Source: an uncultured Nitrososphaerales archaeon
GTDB taxonomy: Archaea > Thermoproteota > Nitrososphaeria > Nitrososphaerales > Nitrososphaeraceae
Assembly (NCBI GenBank): GCA_963709405.1
Contig: CAVPXM010000054.1
Location: 1-64,000 of the forward strand
Direction of reading: 5' to 3'
DNA: 64,000 bases
Shown: in pieces, positions 23,711 through 35,264 of the stretch
Layout: each line of letters opens with the position of its first letter
Position numbering within the stretch: the first letter of the stretch is position 1
Notes under the pieces: model-generated
What the model saw: only the letters and a program-made list of their open reading frames with translations
Databases searched by the model: none
What the model was told of the DNA's origin: nothing
Program-made: the position numbers and the translations under genes

Positions 23711-24190
23711 CTGCAGAATAATAATAAGCTAGAAATCCCCACCATCTATTTCTTTGTCTTTTGTTAATAGAATATACGTCATGCTTTTCCATATTGGATG
23801 AATTAACCTAATTGCATCATGAACTACTGTTACACAAGTAAATCTAGCTTGATAAAATAGCAGTACCAAATTTTTTGGTTTCAAATACAATATTCATTTA
23901 TACTTAGAAGTGATAGAATGAGTCTGCTACAAGGTTGGGAGCGACATTCATTTTTAATAAATGCATGCAAAAAATAGAGATGCTGGCTACTAGTAGTAGT
24001 CATTTTTGGTTTTCCTTCAGCTTTATCTTTAGTAAGCTTCTCTCAGCGCTAGCTCAAAATATTCTGTAGAGGTTATGCCTTTGTCGATAGGGATCTTTTT
24101 GGAGATCGTGCAAACTATTATGCAGGATGAGGAGATGCAGCAGCAGAGAATTCAATCAATGAATAGAATGGCAGTAATTGGAGTAGCAGG

Positions 24191-24520
24191 TTAGGTAATT
24201 GGGTGTGGAGAGCCTAAATATGGGAATGTTGCTAGCAGGTCTTGGTGAGGTCCGGCTTTGTCCGTGGTCACTCGTTCGTTGGTTAAAAAGGCCAGTTGGA
24301 TGTCAACAATGTCATCAGCCAGCTTCCGACTGTTGTGGTAGCCTTCAGAATTAAGAGTAATCGTAATCCAAGATATCCGGCAAAATGGAAAGAGCCGTTG
24401 TGTTTGACTTCTATTATCCGTATTCAATGTCAATTACTTGATAATCGACCAATTTGGTTCAGTCCACCTCCTTTCCAATCAGGATTTGGGTTCCCCCCAG
24501 TACGCAAAGCTCGGTAAGCG
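24191..24520 (-). pseudogene. DUF4331-like C-terminal fragment
   Basis: RKLADDIVD...DLLATFPYLGSPH with frameshifts upstream. Confidence 0.55.
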
Positions 24521-24577
24521 CATCAGACATGTCCGCCACTACTGTTGACAAATTCTTCGCCAGGCATTATTTTTCTA

Positions 24578-25150
24578 TCAGGCTTTCTTTGAGTCATAGT
24601 GAAGTAAAACTATACTGCAGTCGAATGCTATTGATCTAACCAGAGTGAATTTTTGAATCTTGTTCAAGTCTTTGAATATGGTCATGCCGTTTCCAATTGC
24701 GGCCGGATTGACAAACAGATGATATTCGTCAATTAGTCCTTCTCTAATCAAGGAAGAATCAAATGAAGCGCCACCACAAACGATGACGTTCTTGCCATTC
24801 TGGCTCTTTAGCTCATTGATTTCCTTCGCAAGGTCGCCTGTTGCAATTTCAGTATTTACCCACTCTGACTTGTTTAGCGTTTTTGTGAAAACAAATTTTG
24901 GGGTTTCTATCATCTTTTTAGCAAATGCATACCAGGGGTCATCAGGTTTGCTCATCACATCTGTCCAGTATGAAATAAAGCCCTCTGTCATTTTTCGTCC
25001 TAGCAGAATAGTGTCTACAGATTCCGTTAGCTCGTTTACATAACCTTTGAGTTTGTTATCCCAGTTCCAAACCAGCCAATCCATTTCACCGTTAGGTCCT
25101 GCAATGTAGCCGTCTACGGACATTTGCACTTGTAGTTTTAAGGTTCTCAA
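24578..25150 (-). CDS. Dihydrofolate reductase / RibD C-terminal family protein
   Basis: SVDGYIAGP, LLGRK, GGA, LIDEYHLFVNP...GNG. Confidence 0.9.
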   Translation of the reverse strand: MRTLKLQVQMSVDGYIAGPNGEMDWLVWNWDNKLKGYVNELTESVDTILLGRKMTEGFISYWTDVMSKPDDPWYAFAKKMIETPKFVFTKTLNKSEWVNTEIATGDLAKEINELKSQNGKNVIVCGGASFDSSLIREGLIDEYHLFVNPAAIGNGMTIFKDLNKIQKFTLVRSIAFDCSIVLLHYDSKKA

Positions 25151-25159
25151 GGTCTTCCA

Positions 25160-25430
25160 TCACTCCGCGTAGGCTTTCTTTAAGCCAGCTATATCAATTT
25201 TCTTCATTTGAAGTATCGCCTTCATGACTCTTTCGGATTTCTTGGCATCTTTGTCTTGCAACATCTTGCCCAAGACATTGGGAACGATCTGCCAGGACAC
25301 CCCAAACTTGTCTTTCAGCCAGCCACACTGTTCTAATTCTCCACCTTCCGAGAGTTTCTCCCATAACTCGTCTACTTCCTTCTGTGTGTCGCAGTGCACA
25401 AAAAACGATATGGCTGGCGAGAACTTGAAA
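25160..25430 (-). pseudogene. VOC/PhnB-family protein, 5'-truncated
   Basis: CDTQKEVDELWEKL, CGWLKDKFGVSWQI. Confidence 0.8.
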
Positions 25431-25957
25431 AATCACATAATCATACGTTTTGGCCTTGGATTGCAGCAATTGAAATGTTTGCCCAATGCCGAATTGATCA
25501 GCTAGAGGAATGTGACAATTTGCCTTCAACGATTACCTCTGGATGAGAACCATATATGCATGCGTATTATGGATGGATAAACCCATTACTGATGAGGCAC
25601 GTCGAGCTTTTCCTGTTTAGAAGTGAAATATCAAGTATAAGACGCGCTATTGCATGCATCCTAGTACTGATTATAAATATGTATCTCAGCGTCTTTGAAC
25701 GTATGTAAAATCGTCTTCATTAAGGCCAGGTCATTCAGCTTAATTTTTGAATTTCCTCCCACAACATGCCATAATTTTTCATTTATGTAGCAGTTTCAAA
25801 GGAGATCAAGCTCCTTTGAACGATATCGCTCTTACGATTATAAAGTAGTTTAGCGCGCATTACATTATACCCTCACTAAAATTGATGGATCATCTCATAT
25901 TGTATGTAACTCCTGCTAAAATAATAATAATAATAAATTTGAAAATAAATACAGGAT

Positions 25958-26470
25958 TTAAGATACGCTAACTTTCCCAACCATTGATGGATGAATTATA
26001 CAGTAATAGTCAAAACTGCCTGTTTTATCAAATGTATGACGAAAAGTTTGTCCTGGTTGAACATCCCCTGAATTGAATTCTGATGACGTTGATGTCACTG
26101 TATGTCCCTCACGATGATGATTAGTCCATGTGACTGTGTCTCCTACTTTAACCTCTATCGGATTAGGACTGAATGATTTTGAATGTTTTATCCCAACTAT
26201 TGTAACTTGGTTATCCGTCCCACGCCCTCCACTTGATGCTGCAGATTGATCATCTGCTGCGTTTTGATTATTGTCAGTAGAGCCTGAATCCGAGTTGGCA
26301 TTCTTGTGTTTTTTTGCAAATAATTGATTCTCTGAAGTGATGCTCAGTGCAATTATAGCCACAGTCAAAGCTGTTATTACTGTAACTATTTTTAGGTTCA
26401 CATTCCGTGGCATTCTAATCCAAGATGAACAGGTAATTACCAAATATTTGAAGTTTGGCAAAAATAGCAC
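25958..26470 (-). CDS. Exported plastocyanin/cupredoxin-domain (type-1 Cu) protein
   Basis: FSPNPIEVKVGDTVTW, HTVT, YYCIIHPSM. Confidence 0.92.
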   Translation of the reverse strand: MLFLPNFKYLVITCSSWIRMPRNVNLKIVTVITALTVAIIALSITSENQLFAKKHKNANSDSGSTDNNQNAADDQSAASSGGRGTDNQVTIVGIKHSKSFSPNPIEVKVGDTVTWTNHHREGHTVTSTSSEFNSGDVQPGQTFRHTFDKTGSFDYYCIIHPSMVGKVSVS

Positions 26471-26599
26471 AGAGCAAATAGATAGAAATGTGTATGCAAG
26501 GATATCTAACCTATTTGATTCAATTTTTATTTTTAGTATATATGTACGTGAGTAATTAACTAGATTATTGTTGGTTAATTGATTATATGGTTAATTAAT

Positions 26600-27200
26600 T
26601 GTTGTACTTGCACAGATAGGTTACATTATTAAGTACCTACATGGGTTACACTTTGCTGCTTAGTTCTTATACTTATGGTGGATGTAATTAATCTTTGTAG
26701 AAACATCTCTGATGGAGTAAGACCATTTATTCCTCCATGTTCTCTCGTTTCATTGTACGCTTTTATAAACATGTCATATCTTAGCTTACCATCATCTATG
26801 TTTGGTATATCTTTCTTCTATTGCTAGAAACTCATTTTTCACTATCTTGTTATATGCTTCTATTTTCCCTTGTAGCTGTGGGTAAGAATGAATTTGGTAT
26901 TTGCTTATCCTTTATCTGATTGTGTACAAGGAAATGTCTGAACATTTTGGATGTAAACTGCTTTCCATTGTCATGCATTATCTTTTCAGGCTTACCATTA
27001 ATGATTACTATCCAGTCCTCTAGTACATTGAGAACATCTACTGACCTCTTTCTTTTAGACCATCTGCTTGCTACTTTTCTTGAACAATCATCCAGACAGC
27101 TGATTATGTAATAATTCCTTTGACTAGAATTACCTAGATAGAAAGGGCCAAGGATATCCATCTGTACCATCTCATTTGGATGCCTCATTGCGAACAGTTT
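26600..27200 (-). mobile_element. Truncated IS481-family copy (3' half)
   Basis: End tgttgtact at 26600; QMDILGPF, CLDDCSR, HDNGKQF; highly similar to the 42961 and 59323 copies. Confidence 0.85.
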
Positions 27201-27500
27201 GTTCTTCCATCCATTATAGCAAACCCTCATTTTTCTGTATTTGTAAGTTAACCAAGATATTGACTGTTGAGCTATCTCTTCTGTTAGAAACACAACTCTA
27301 TCTGCCTTAGTCTTAGTGTATTCTCCTCTCACAAACACTTTTGCTGGTTTTGCATCTAAATCAAGGTCTTTTGCGAACTGATAATACTTCAACAGCTCTA
27401 AATCCACTAGCTGCCAAGAACATAACATATGTTTTTAATCTAATATCAGAACATGCATTTAGAATATCTGAAACATCTTCCTTAGATAATGCTTCCTTTA
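27200..27500 (-). pseudogene. Tyrosine integrase internal fragment
   Basis: EALSKEDV...LAASGFRAVE (catalytic Arg box), then RGEYTKTKADRVVFL after a frameshift. Confidence 0.7.
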
Positions 27501-27910
27501 CTAATCTATCAGACTATCCACCAGCATAAGGTATATTCACTGTATTTGTTCCAACAATGCCTAGCATATTGGAATTCTTGGGCAGAAATAATGTGATCTC
27601 CCTATAATCTATACCAGTTAGCAAATGTTCTCTAACTAAATTACTTTCCAAATTCCTTTTCTTGCAATATATTTCGTAATAGTATCAAGGCGTATCAAAT
27701 TCAAATAGTAGTATTGAGAATATATGTACACTCAATATTAACATCCAAAATCTTCAATAGCAAACGATTAATTAAGATAAGATCTTGGGTGATGTAGTAA
27801 CGGTTTCACGAAAACTGTATTAGAGGTTTTATTGTTATAACAGCTGTATATAATCATATGAGGTAACTATCGCAGACTGATCAACCATTGTATTTATTTA
27901 GAAGTTAAAT

Positions 27911-28262
27911 CTATTCGAGTGAGAAAAATCTTTCCATCATTTTTATTTTGGGATTGAAATTCTGTTTCGCCTCCACCATTATTTCATTATTTACATACCT
28001 TACGTTAATTGAGGATAATACACTTCGATATAAACTAAATTTCTTTCCATCCGATGTAATAATGATTTTATCCACTACAAGCAGTTCTTCCGTAAGTAAC
28101 CACTTTCTTTCTATAGGCATTTGTATAGGGGATATTCTTTTCAGTTATGATATCTCTAACGGATTTTGCTTGATTTCCGGTAGAATCTAAAATCTTAATC
28201 ATTTCATCATCAGCCACAGCAGTTAAAACTGCCTTTTTAACTCTTTGGCTTTTGATTATCAT
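27911..28262 (-). pseudogene. Winged-helix (ArsR-like) regulator, frameshifted
   Basis: AVADDEMIKILDS...KSVRDI...IPYTNAYRK in one frame; SDGKKFSLYRS in another. Confidence 0.7.
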
Positions 28263-28539
28263 TGTGCATTTTTTCCTTAATATTTATTCTTTATCATGTT
28301 TAGGATATTAATAAATCACTTGTGTCAATTTGCATTGATTTTTGTATATTAGTGTTAAATATCGAAAAGAACGTAGAAATTAACGTGTCTTGGCATCTAA
28401 TAATCTTGTTGTGAACCAAAATGAATATTTTGAATTTATATTTGATATTTCATTCCATGCATTTAATTATGTGAAATTCAGGAATATCATTGACATTACG
28501 TTTGTGAAAGAAATTCTATTTGACTTGAGAGGCTAACTC

Positions 28540-28749
28540 GATCTACTGGGATTAAATGAGAAAAATAGAAAATACACTGTCATGCTAGATTAGGAGTAAT
28601 CAAGATTCCATTTTCAGCAAATTCATGACATTTTTCACAAGAATCCAAAAAAACCCACACAGAACAGGGAACTATCATTCAGGTGCATAGCCTATAACAT
28701 GCACAGGCTAACAAATCTTGTCATTATTGTGATGATTTCTACATAGCTG
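28540..28749 (+). mobile_element. Possible DDE (IS5-like) transposase 3' remnant
   Basis: CIAYNMHRL C-terminal pattern, heavily degraded. Confidence 0.3.
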
Positions 28750-28850
28750 ATCTTTGGGTTCCTTGTAAGTATTTATACAATAATGACCTTGAATATTTCT
28801 TCCATGTTGAAATATATATAGAACTCCATTCCTAAATTCTGAAGTTAGCT

Positions 28851-29312
28851 TTGAAATTTGAAGAGTTTAAAGTAGGTCAATCATTTAAATCCAAAATTCT
28901 CATCAACGAGGACGAATTTAAACAGTACATTTCTTTTTCAAAAATAAAAAACATTTTGCATCGAAACCCAGAACTAGCCGCAAAGGAAGGAATTAAAGGA
29001 ACTCTTTTGCCTGGCAGATCTATACTTGCACGTGCCGAAGGTGAGATGACGCAGCTGGATGCGTTTTCTAACAACATCATGTTGCTTTATGGTATGGACG
29101 GAGATGCTAAATGGAATAATCGGAATACTAGATTTTTGGGAGAAGCTTATGCAGGAGAAGAGCTTGAAGTAGAATATTATGTCTCAGATAAAAGAGAAGG
29201 GAGCAACTCTGATAGTTACGGTATACTGTCAATTGATGTTCAGGTCAAGCGATTACGCGATGAAAAGCTTGTGATAGTATCACACAGTAATCTTTACAGA
29301 ATAAAAAAATAA
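28851..29312 (+). CDS. MaoC-like hot-dog-fold protein
   Basis: FEEFKVGQ, NILH, LLPG, RFLGEAYAGE. Confidence 0.7.
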   Translation: MKFEEFKVGQSFKSKILINEDEFKQYISFSKIKNILHRNPELAAKEGIKGTLLPGRSILARAEGEMTQLDAFSNNIMLLYGMDGDAKWNNRNTRFLGEAYAGEELEVEYYVSDKREGSNSDSYGILSIDVQVKRLRDEKLVIVSHSNLYRIKK

Positions 29313-29616
29313 AATAAACTACCTCCGTTGCATGAAACAATATATCTACATGTATTCAATATTGTAGAGTAAATTATGATGTTATTCAATCCTTAATAGG
29401 CGTATATTTTTTGTTGATAAATAAGTATTCCAAGTGAATTCATAATCATAGATTAGTTTAATCAATCGTAAGGATCGAGATTTTTTCCTGACTAGCAACA
29501 ATTCGACAATATTTTATTGATAGACTTGTGGGAAAATCACAAGAATCTTTTATTAATTCTCTCAGCTCCTTTTTTCTAACAAAAAAAACTTCTTTTACCA
29601 AAATCAACTTCTAAGA

Positions 29617-29655
29617 AGTACATCTTTATAGTACATGTTTATAGTACATCTTTAC
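29617..29655 (+). repeat. Three tandem 13-bp repeats AGTACAT(C/G)TTTA(T/C)
   Basis: agtacatctttat agtacatgtttat agtacatctttac. Confidence 0.85.
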
Positions 29656-29703
29656 AGATATGGATTTCTTCACGTTTAAGGGTATGTTTTATAGTATATA
29701 GTT

Positions 29704-29895
29704 ATGGGTCTATTTAGTATTATTCTAATAGTTGTAGTCGTTTTAGCAATCATCGGACTAGGATGGAAAATATTCTCATCGGGAGTGCTTAGTGGGTTTG
29801 AAAAGGTGATTAATCTAGGTCAACCGCTAGTAAAAAATTTAACAGACCAAGCAAGAAAATATGTTAATAATCCAGCTACCAAGACTACTAATTAA
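29704..29895 (+). CDS. Small single-TM membrane protein
   Basis: 63 aa; hydrophobic N-terminus ending IIGLGW. Confidence 0.65.
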   Translation: MGLFSIILIVVVVLAIIGLGWKIFSSGVLSGFEKVINLGQPLVKNLTDQARKYVNNPATKTTN

Positions 29896-30232
29896 CGTTG
29901 TTAGTCTTGGCAAGGCCAGTTCCTGTCAATTTTAGTCAAGGATAGTTGTACTTAGGTGTTATTCAAGTAATTTATTGCGAAATTACTTGGGCAAGATTTT
30001 AAAATATGTCTATTATGATTATATGTCATACATACTTCTTTATACTATCTTTTCAACTGTGATAAGCGGCAAATCAAAAAGATACATTTTGATTTTAGCC
30101 AATATATCCTAATAAATAGTAACGATACCAGTGTAAAGATCTTTTCATATATATATGTATTTTTTGCTAACTGGCCTAAATCTCAAAGTTAGTTAATAAG
30201 GTAGTTGTAAAAATCAAATCTAAAATCAGTAA

Positions 30233-31651
30233 TCAACTATTGCCGTCGTTATTATCTTTAGAAAATGCCCTCTTCCTTTTAATACTCGTTCCTATTTCAC
30301 GTGTGCCGGCTGATATAATTTCTATTAATCGTGCTTTCTTGTTTGAATCAGCTTTTGGTCGGAGCAATCGTCCAAGTCTTTGGATAAATTCTCTACTGCT
30401 ACCAGTTCCGCTGACAATGATTCCAACCTCAGCGTCTGGAACATCGACACCTTCATCCAATACCTTGGATGTGACAATGGCTTTATATCTTCCTTCCTTA
30501 AATCCAGATAAAGCATCTTGTCTTTCTTCTTTACCCGACTTGTAAGTTATAAATGGTATCAAGAATTTATCGGATATATCATACACTAACTTATTGTGCT
30601 GAGTAAATATAATTGTCTTACGCCCCTCATTTTCACCCAATATTTTTCTTAATTCTTCCAATTTCGATTTGCTATTTAGTGCGATATCTATTGCCCTGTT
30701 CCTAGCCAGTACAGTCTCTCGGGCAACTTTGTTTCTCCCAGACATCATTATTAGTCTTTGAAACGCACCGGCATGGGCCATCCGTAATCCTACTTTTTTC
30801 AATCCGATTTGATAAATACCAAACCATTTGTTATATTCCTCAATCTCTTCAGGTAGCATACTTACCTCTCTTCTTTCAATTTCATACAATGCTAGGTGTT
30901 TATTTTTTGCGAGGTCTTTGGGACGTGCTTCATACACTACACCACCAACAAGTCTTGGCAAATCTTTATGCATGTCATCTTCTCTTTCAATTGTAGCAGT
31001 GAGTCCCAAACGAAACGGAGAAGCGAATTGTTCAGCTATTGATCTGTAACCTGGTGCAGCTAAATGGTGGACCTCGTCAAATATCACTAAAGCGAATCTG
31101 TTACCAAGATTAGGAGCCCTTAAATATGCTGAGTCATATGTGGAAACCGTTATTGCTTGAATATCGTCTGACCCTCCGCCTAAATTTCCAATTTTAATAG
31201 TATCAGAATGTTGAGAAAAAAATTTCGCAAGTACAGACGTCCATTGATCCATTAGATCAATTGTAGGTACAATTACAAGTGATGAAGCATTTACCATTTC
31301 TATTGCCTTTACACCAATAACTGTTTTACCTGACCCAGTTGGCAATACAATACAACCTCTTTTATTTGCTTTCTTCCAACTGTCAAGTGCATTTGTTTGA
31401 TAATCTCTGAGAGATATGCGATCTGGACGAGCTAAACGAGAGTTTATTGAAATTTGAGGAGATGGTATTAGATCTAGGACTTTGTCATCATAAGATATTT
31501 CACTTTGTGTTAAATAATGTATAATATTTTGATAATACAATGCCTGTGCCCTAAAACTACCAGTTCTAGAATCGAATGTGGAAAAAGGGATATGGCTTAT
31601 GCCTGAGATCAGTATTGTACCATTATCGTACTTTAGTGTAATTTTGAGCAT
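30233..31651 (-). CDS. xpb: XPB/Rad25-like SF2 DNA helicase
   Basis: LRDYQ, LPTGSGKT, DEVHH, LTATIERED (RED motif), EGVDVPD, IQRLGR. Confidence 0.9.
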   Translation of the reverse strand: MLKITLKYDNGTILISGISHIPFSTFDSRTGSFRAQALYYQNIIHYLTQSEISYDDKVLDLIPSPQISINSRLARPDRISLRDYQTNALDSWKKANKRGCIVLPTGSGKTVIGVKAIEMVNASSLVIVPTIDLMDQWTSVLAKFFSQHSDTIKIGNLGGGSDDIQAITVSTYDSAYLRAPNLGNRFALVIFDEVHHLAAPGYRSIAEQFASPFRLGLTATIEREDDMHKDLPRLVGGVVYEARPKDLAKNKHLALYEIERREVSMLPEEIEEYNKWFGIYQIGLKKVGLRMAHAGAFQRLIMMSGRNKVARETVLARNRAIDIALNSKSKLEELRKILGENEGRKTIIFTQHNKLVYDISDKFLIPFITYKSGKEERQDALSGFKEGRYKAIVTSKVLDEGVDVPDAEVGIIVSGTGSSREFIQRLGRLLRPKADSNKKARLIEIISAGTREIGTSIKRKRAFSKDNNDGNS

Positions 31652-32023
31652 TTCATTTATAGATGTGTAGAGTAATTAGAATTCTTGTCTACCCTCAAAT
31701 TCTTCTCTTATTTATAGATAATCTATCGCTCTTTAATCAATGGGTAACTGATTGCTGCGTCAAAAAAGTACCGTGTTCGAAGCAAAAATCTTCTAAATGG
31801 TAACCATATAGCATGTTTGCAGTCTAACCTCCACAATTCTTGAGTAATTAGAAGCTAAGACTACTACTTGTATTTATAAAGTAAATTAACTGAAACGCAT
31901 ACTCTACAAAAATTGCTTTAGGATATATTCACGTTAGGTTTATTTCCAAATGTAACCAAAGTCATATTTGTATTCTATCTTAATTTCATCAGATTTGACT
32001 AACTAGATTGCTGTATTGAATCT

Positions 32024-33169
32024 CTAAGTGGGAATTTTGTTAGTTACTTCTTCCAATACTGGTAATGCTGATGAAGTTGAGCTTTTTTCGATAATTTCGT
32101 CTATTGTCTGATTCATAGCAGCTTCGGCAATATCACTTGAGTGTTCAGCAGTGCGTCTTATATCCTCTAAAATAAGTCTGATATTAATATTGCTCAGAGG
32201 ATTGCGAATAGTCTTCTTTTCTTCTTCTTTGTCTAACAATAAAATTATATCGTTTTCTAATGAGCGCAAGCTTTTTGCTCTGTCTACTGTTTTATCAGCA
32301 AGGGTGTAATCTCTTCGCAAAAAAGCTTCAACTGCATCGTTTAGAGCTGTCAAAGATACTTCACTCATTTTTTCTATTTTACGAAATATCTCATCTGGTA
32401 TTTTTTCCTTGATCTTAAGACAGCTGTCTGCAATTCCATAGGCGTGATCTGCAATTCTCTCAATGCTCTTTACGGCGACCCTGTAACTTAGGCAATCAGA
32501 TGGTTTCCTCAAGCCTATCTCTCGAAGAATCCGTTCGTTTTGAGATGCTATGACTAAATTTCTTAGGATATATAGACTGAATCTATCAACCTCATCATCT
32601 GACTTAATGACTCCTTGTGCTATTTCATAATTCAATTCAGCTAATGAAGATAGTGCATCTCTATGCATCGAGGAAGCTATCAAAAACATCCTTCTAACTG
32701 CTGTGTTGACAGATAGCTCTGGGATACTGATTAATATCTGAATAGTGATTATATCCGAGGCATCAGCAATTATTTCTGTTCCCACCAGATTTCTACGAAT
32801 GACTTCCCTGATAGCATCCCTCTGAATTGGATTGATTCTTCCTATTTTTGATTTAAGGTGAATGACACTATAGCCAGCTAGATATATAGATACTACTTTA
32901 CGCTTCAAAGAAGCAGAATCTTCATTTTGAAGTACAATAGCGGTGACTTCGTCAGAAGAACCACCAGATGCTGATGTCTTTCCTCTCCTGGGCTCTGGTA
33001 GTATGGATAATGAATTGTTTGCCTCGCGAATAATAACAACTGGATCTCCAGCCTTAAGATGCATTTCAGTTAACCATTTTTTCGGTAGGGATAAAATGTA
33101 AGTCGATCTTCCCGTAAACTGTATTTTACGTACTTCACTGTTTTTAGAGCCAAGATCGTAAGAGCTCAA
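32024..33169 (-). CDS. Archaeal phosphate-uptake regulator (AbrB N-terminus plus PhoU domains)
   Basis: RKIQFTGRSTYILSLPKKW; DDEVDR; IERIADH; IRRTAEH. Confidence 0.92.
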   Translation of the reverse strand: MSSYDLGSKNSEVRKIQFTGRSTYILSLPKKWLTEMHLKAGDPVVIIREANNSLSILPEPRRGKTSASGGSSDEVTAIVLQNEDSASLKRKVVSIYLAGYSVIHLKSKIGRINPIQRDAIREVIRRNLVGTEIIADASDIITIQILISIPELSVNTAVRRMFLIASSMHRDALSSLAELNYEIAQGVIKSDDEVDRFSLYILRNLVIASQNERILREIGLRKPSDCLSYRVAVKSIERIADHAYGIADSCLKIKEKIPDEIFRKIEKMSEVSLTALNDAVEAFLRRDYTLADKTVDRAKSLRSLENDIILLLDKEEEKKTIRNPLSNINIRLILEDIRRTAEHSSDIAEAAMNQTIDEIIEKSSTSSALPVLEEVTNKIPT

Positions 33170-33847
33170 TAGAAAAGGTAATATGTCGCACTAATAAACA
33201 TGTTATGGCAATCGTTCATATAGACCTATATACCTATAGTCGAACTATATAGACTATTTAGTCACAGCTTGTGTCGACTACAAATATTATGAGTAATGTG
33301 CAAAATATTTATTTTTTAGTAGGATTGTTTGTCAATTCTATTAATAGTTTTTTATATCTTACCACCGGATGGCACTCCACTGTACATTTCTAAAAGACAG
33401 GATTTAACAAGGTATGCATTTATTACGATGTCCTGATGCCCATCTCCTGGCAGGGTAATGTGATTTCTTATATTGTACTACTAAACCAGCTAATATTGCA
33501 TAACCGGTTTTTAAATTCAAAAATTTGGCCTTCGCAGGCATGTGAATATCTACATAAACAGATAGAAGATTGGATAAGACAAGGTGGGTTCCGCGAACAC
33601 CGCCCTGGATAGCGCAATTCTTTTATTATTATTTTTGCAGATCGGTTATAAATTCTCTGACTCCAGCTAGTCTAAATCTTCTAATTCTATTATTGAGAGT
33701 TAAGCAAATCTAAGAATTTCATATAGTACTGTCATACTATTTAAGGAGATAGCATAGGTTCCTCATAATTAGCTAGAGGATCTGTCAAACTATCAAGTCT
33801 ACCTTCGCGTGAAAATTTATAGTAAATCTCGTGCTCAAGTACAGATA

Positions 33848-33922
33848 TGCGAAGTGCGGGATTTGAACCCGCGATCCCGAGCTTGGGAAGCTCGTACCTT
33901 AACCAGGCTGGGCTAACTTCGC
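33848..33922 (-). tRNA. tRNA-Gly(CCC), no intron
   Basis: Acceptor GCGAAGT/ACTTCGC; anticodon arm CGAGC-TTCCCAA-GCTCG; T arm GCGGG-TTCAAAT-CCCGC. Confidence 0.95.
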
Positions 33923-34220
33923 AATATTCATTTTAAAATTAGAAGGCAAAAATAATAACGTTACGAATACAAAGAATGGTATTAGGTGAGCCTATAAACT
34001 CTGAATTGAGATGAGATTTTAACACTTTCTAATCCCATTCGATGTTGTTATTCGAATAATGAAGCGCTAATTATCATCTTACAGATAATATATCTATCTA
34101 GTTAGCGATATTATTGGCTCTTAAGCCATTCTATAATTCTATTAAGGATCGAATTATGCAAAAGATCTTCATTCTAGCGATATAAGAAAGTAAATTCTAA
34201 CACAATGATTCTAGGAAAAG

Positions 34221-34847
34221 ATGATAGACCTAGTTAGAGTAATTATTTATGATCCCTCTCTGATAAATAAACAATTGTTCAATTCAAATAAGGATGGCGA
34301 AAACACAAATAAACTCCTTGCAAAGCTTACCGAATTTGACACCAATATACGTGGAGCATATCTCGTTAATCTTATTTCTATCCGTGGAATAATCAAAGAA
34401 GTGATATCATATCATTTTTGTTCTGACAACGATGGGGATGATAAACGTAAACAATTCGTATCGGTGTTCCTGAACGATAGGTATTCATTTTCATTTGATA
34501 TTATTGACATACTTGAAGAAATCCTGAAGCATAATTACTCAGATTTAATCCAAGAATATTCGAAACTGATCAATAGACTCAAAGAGATGATTAAATTTGG
34601 AAATTGGTTATCCTGTTCAAATCTTGATATGTCCAAGGAATATCTAGCAAAACATGATTTTATGAATGAAGATAAAATCCAATTAGTATCTTACGATAAT
34701 ATAGGACATACAAATTATAAAGAAATAACGAAAACCGAAATGGACGAAAGACTAGTAGATTGTTTGGACATTTATCTAGCTCTTGAAGATATCAGGGCTG
34801 AGGTCAGAGATCGGGTGCTAACCGGTCGCAATAATAGATCTGCATAA
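34221..34847 (+). CDS. Hypothetical protein
   Basis: 208-aa ORF; no recognised motif. Confidence 0.65.
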   Translation: MIDLVRVIIYDPSLINKQLFNSNKDGENTNKLLAKLTEFDTNIRGAYLVNLISIRGIIKEVISYHFCSDNDGDDKRKQFVSVFLNDRYSFSFDIIDILEEILKHNYSDLIQEYSKLINRLKEMIKFGNWLSCSNLDMSKEYLAKHDFMNEDKIQLVSYDNIGHTNYKEITKTEMDERLVDCLDIYLALEDIRAEVRDRVLTGRNNRSA

Positions 34848-35264
34848 TGATTTGTGCAGTATAATCTTTAATGATTTAAGTTTAGTATAACAGTTCCGCA
34901 TAAAGATTCTAATCTTGTATTAGTTGTTAATTTGACGTAGGATTAAAAATAGTGATTTCAGGAATTATTAATACTACGTAAGATAACAGGCAGGCGTGAG
35001 ATTTTATCATAGACCCTTAAAATGATGAATTAATGAGTTGTGACTGACTTAAAATAGACGGTATTGATATTGTCTTTTCAAACCGGAGAGTTAAGTTCGT
35101 CTTAATTCACATGACTAATTGTGTCAATTTCACGTAAGACAATGATAGTAATCCGGGAATAAATTTCTTGTAAATAGTTCAAAGAATAAATAAAATGTAA
35201 TTGTCGATTTTATTCTAAACCATCGTAAGCCTCACTTTATATAAATCTGATTTTAATAATTGGT

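Noticed and set aside
26850-27428. Novel integrase-transposase fusion protein
   Set aside because: Both halves are truncated and frameshifted; better explained as a deletion scar
33395-33520. GGAGATGGGCATC on the minus strand, resembling a fluoride riboswitch start
   Set aside because: Pairing and downstream consensus do not fit; one frame reads HYPARRW, more like an IS5 remnant
33583-33620. Short GC-rich island near tRNA-Gly
   Set aside because: No tRNA 3'-end duplication, convincing fold or C/D boxes recognised
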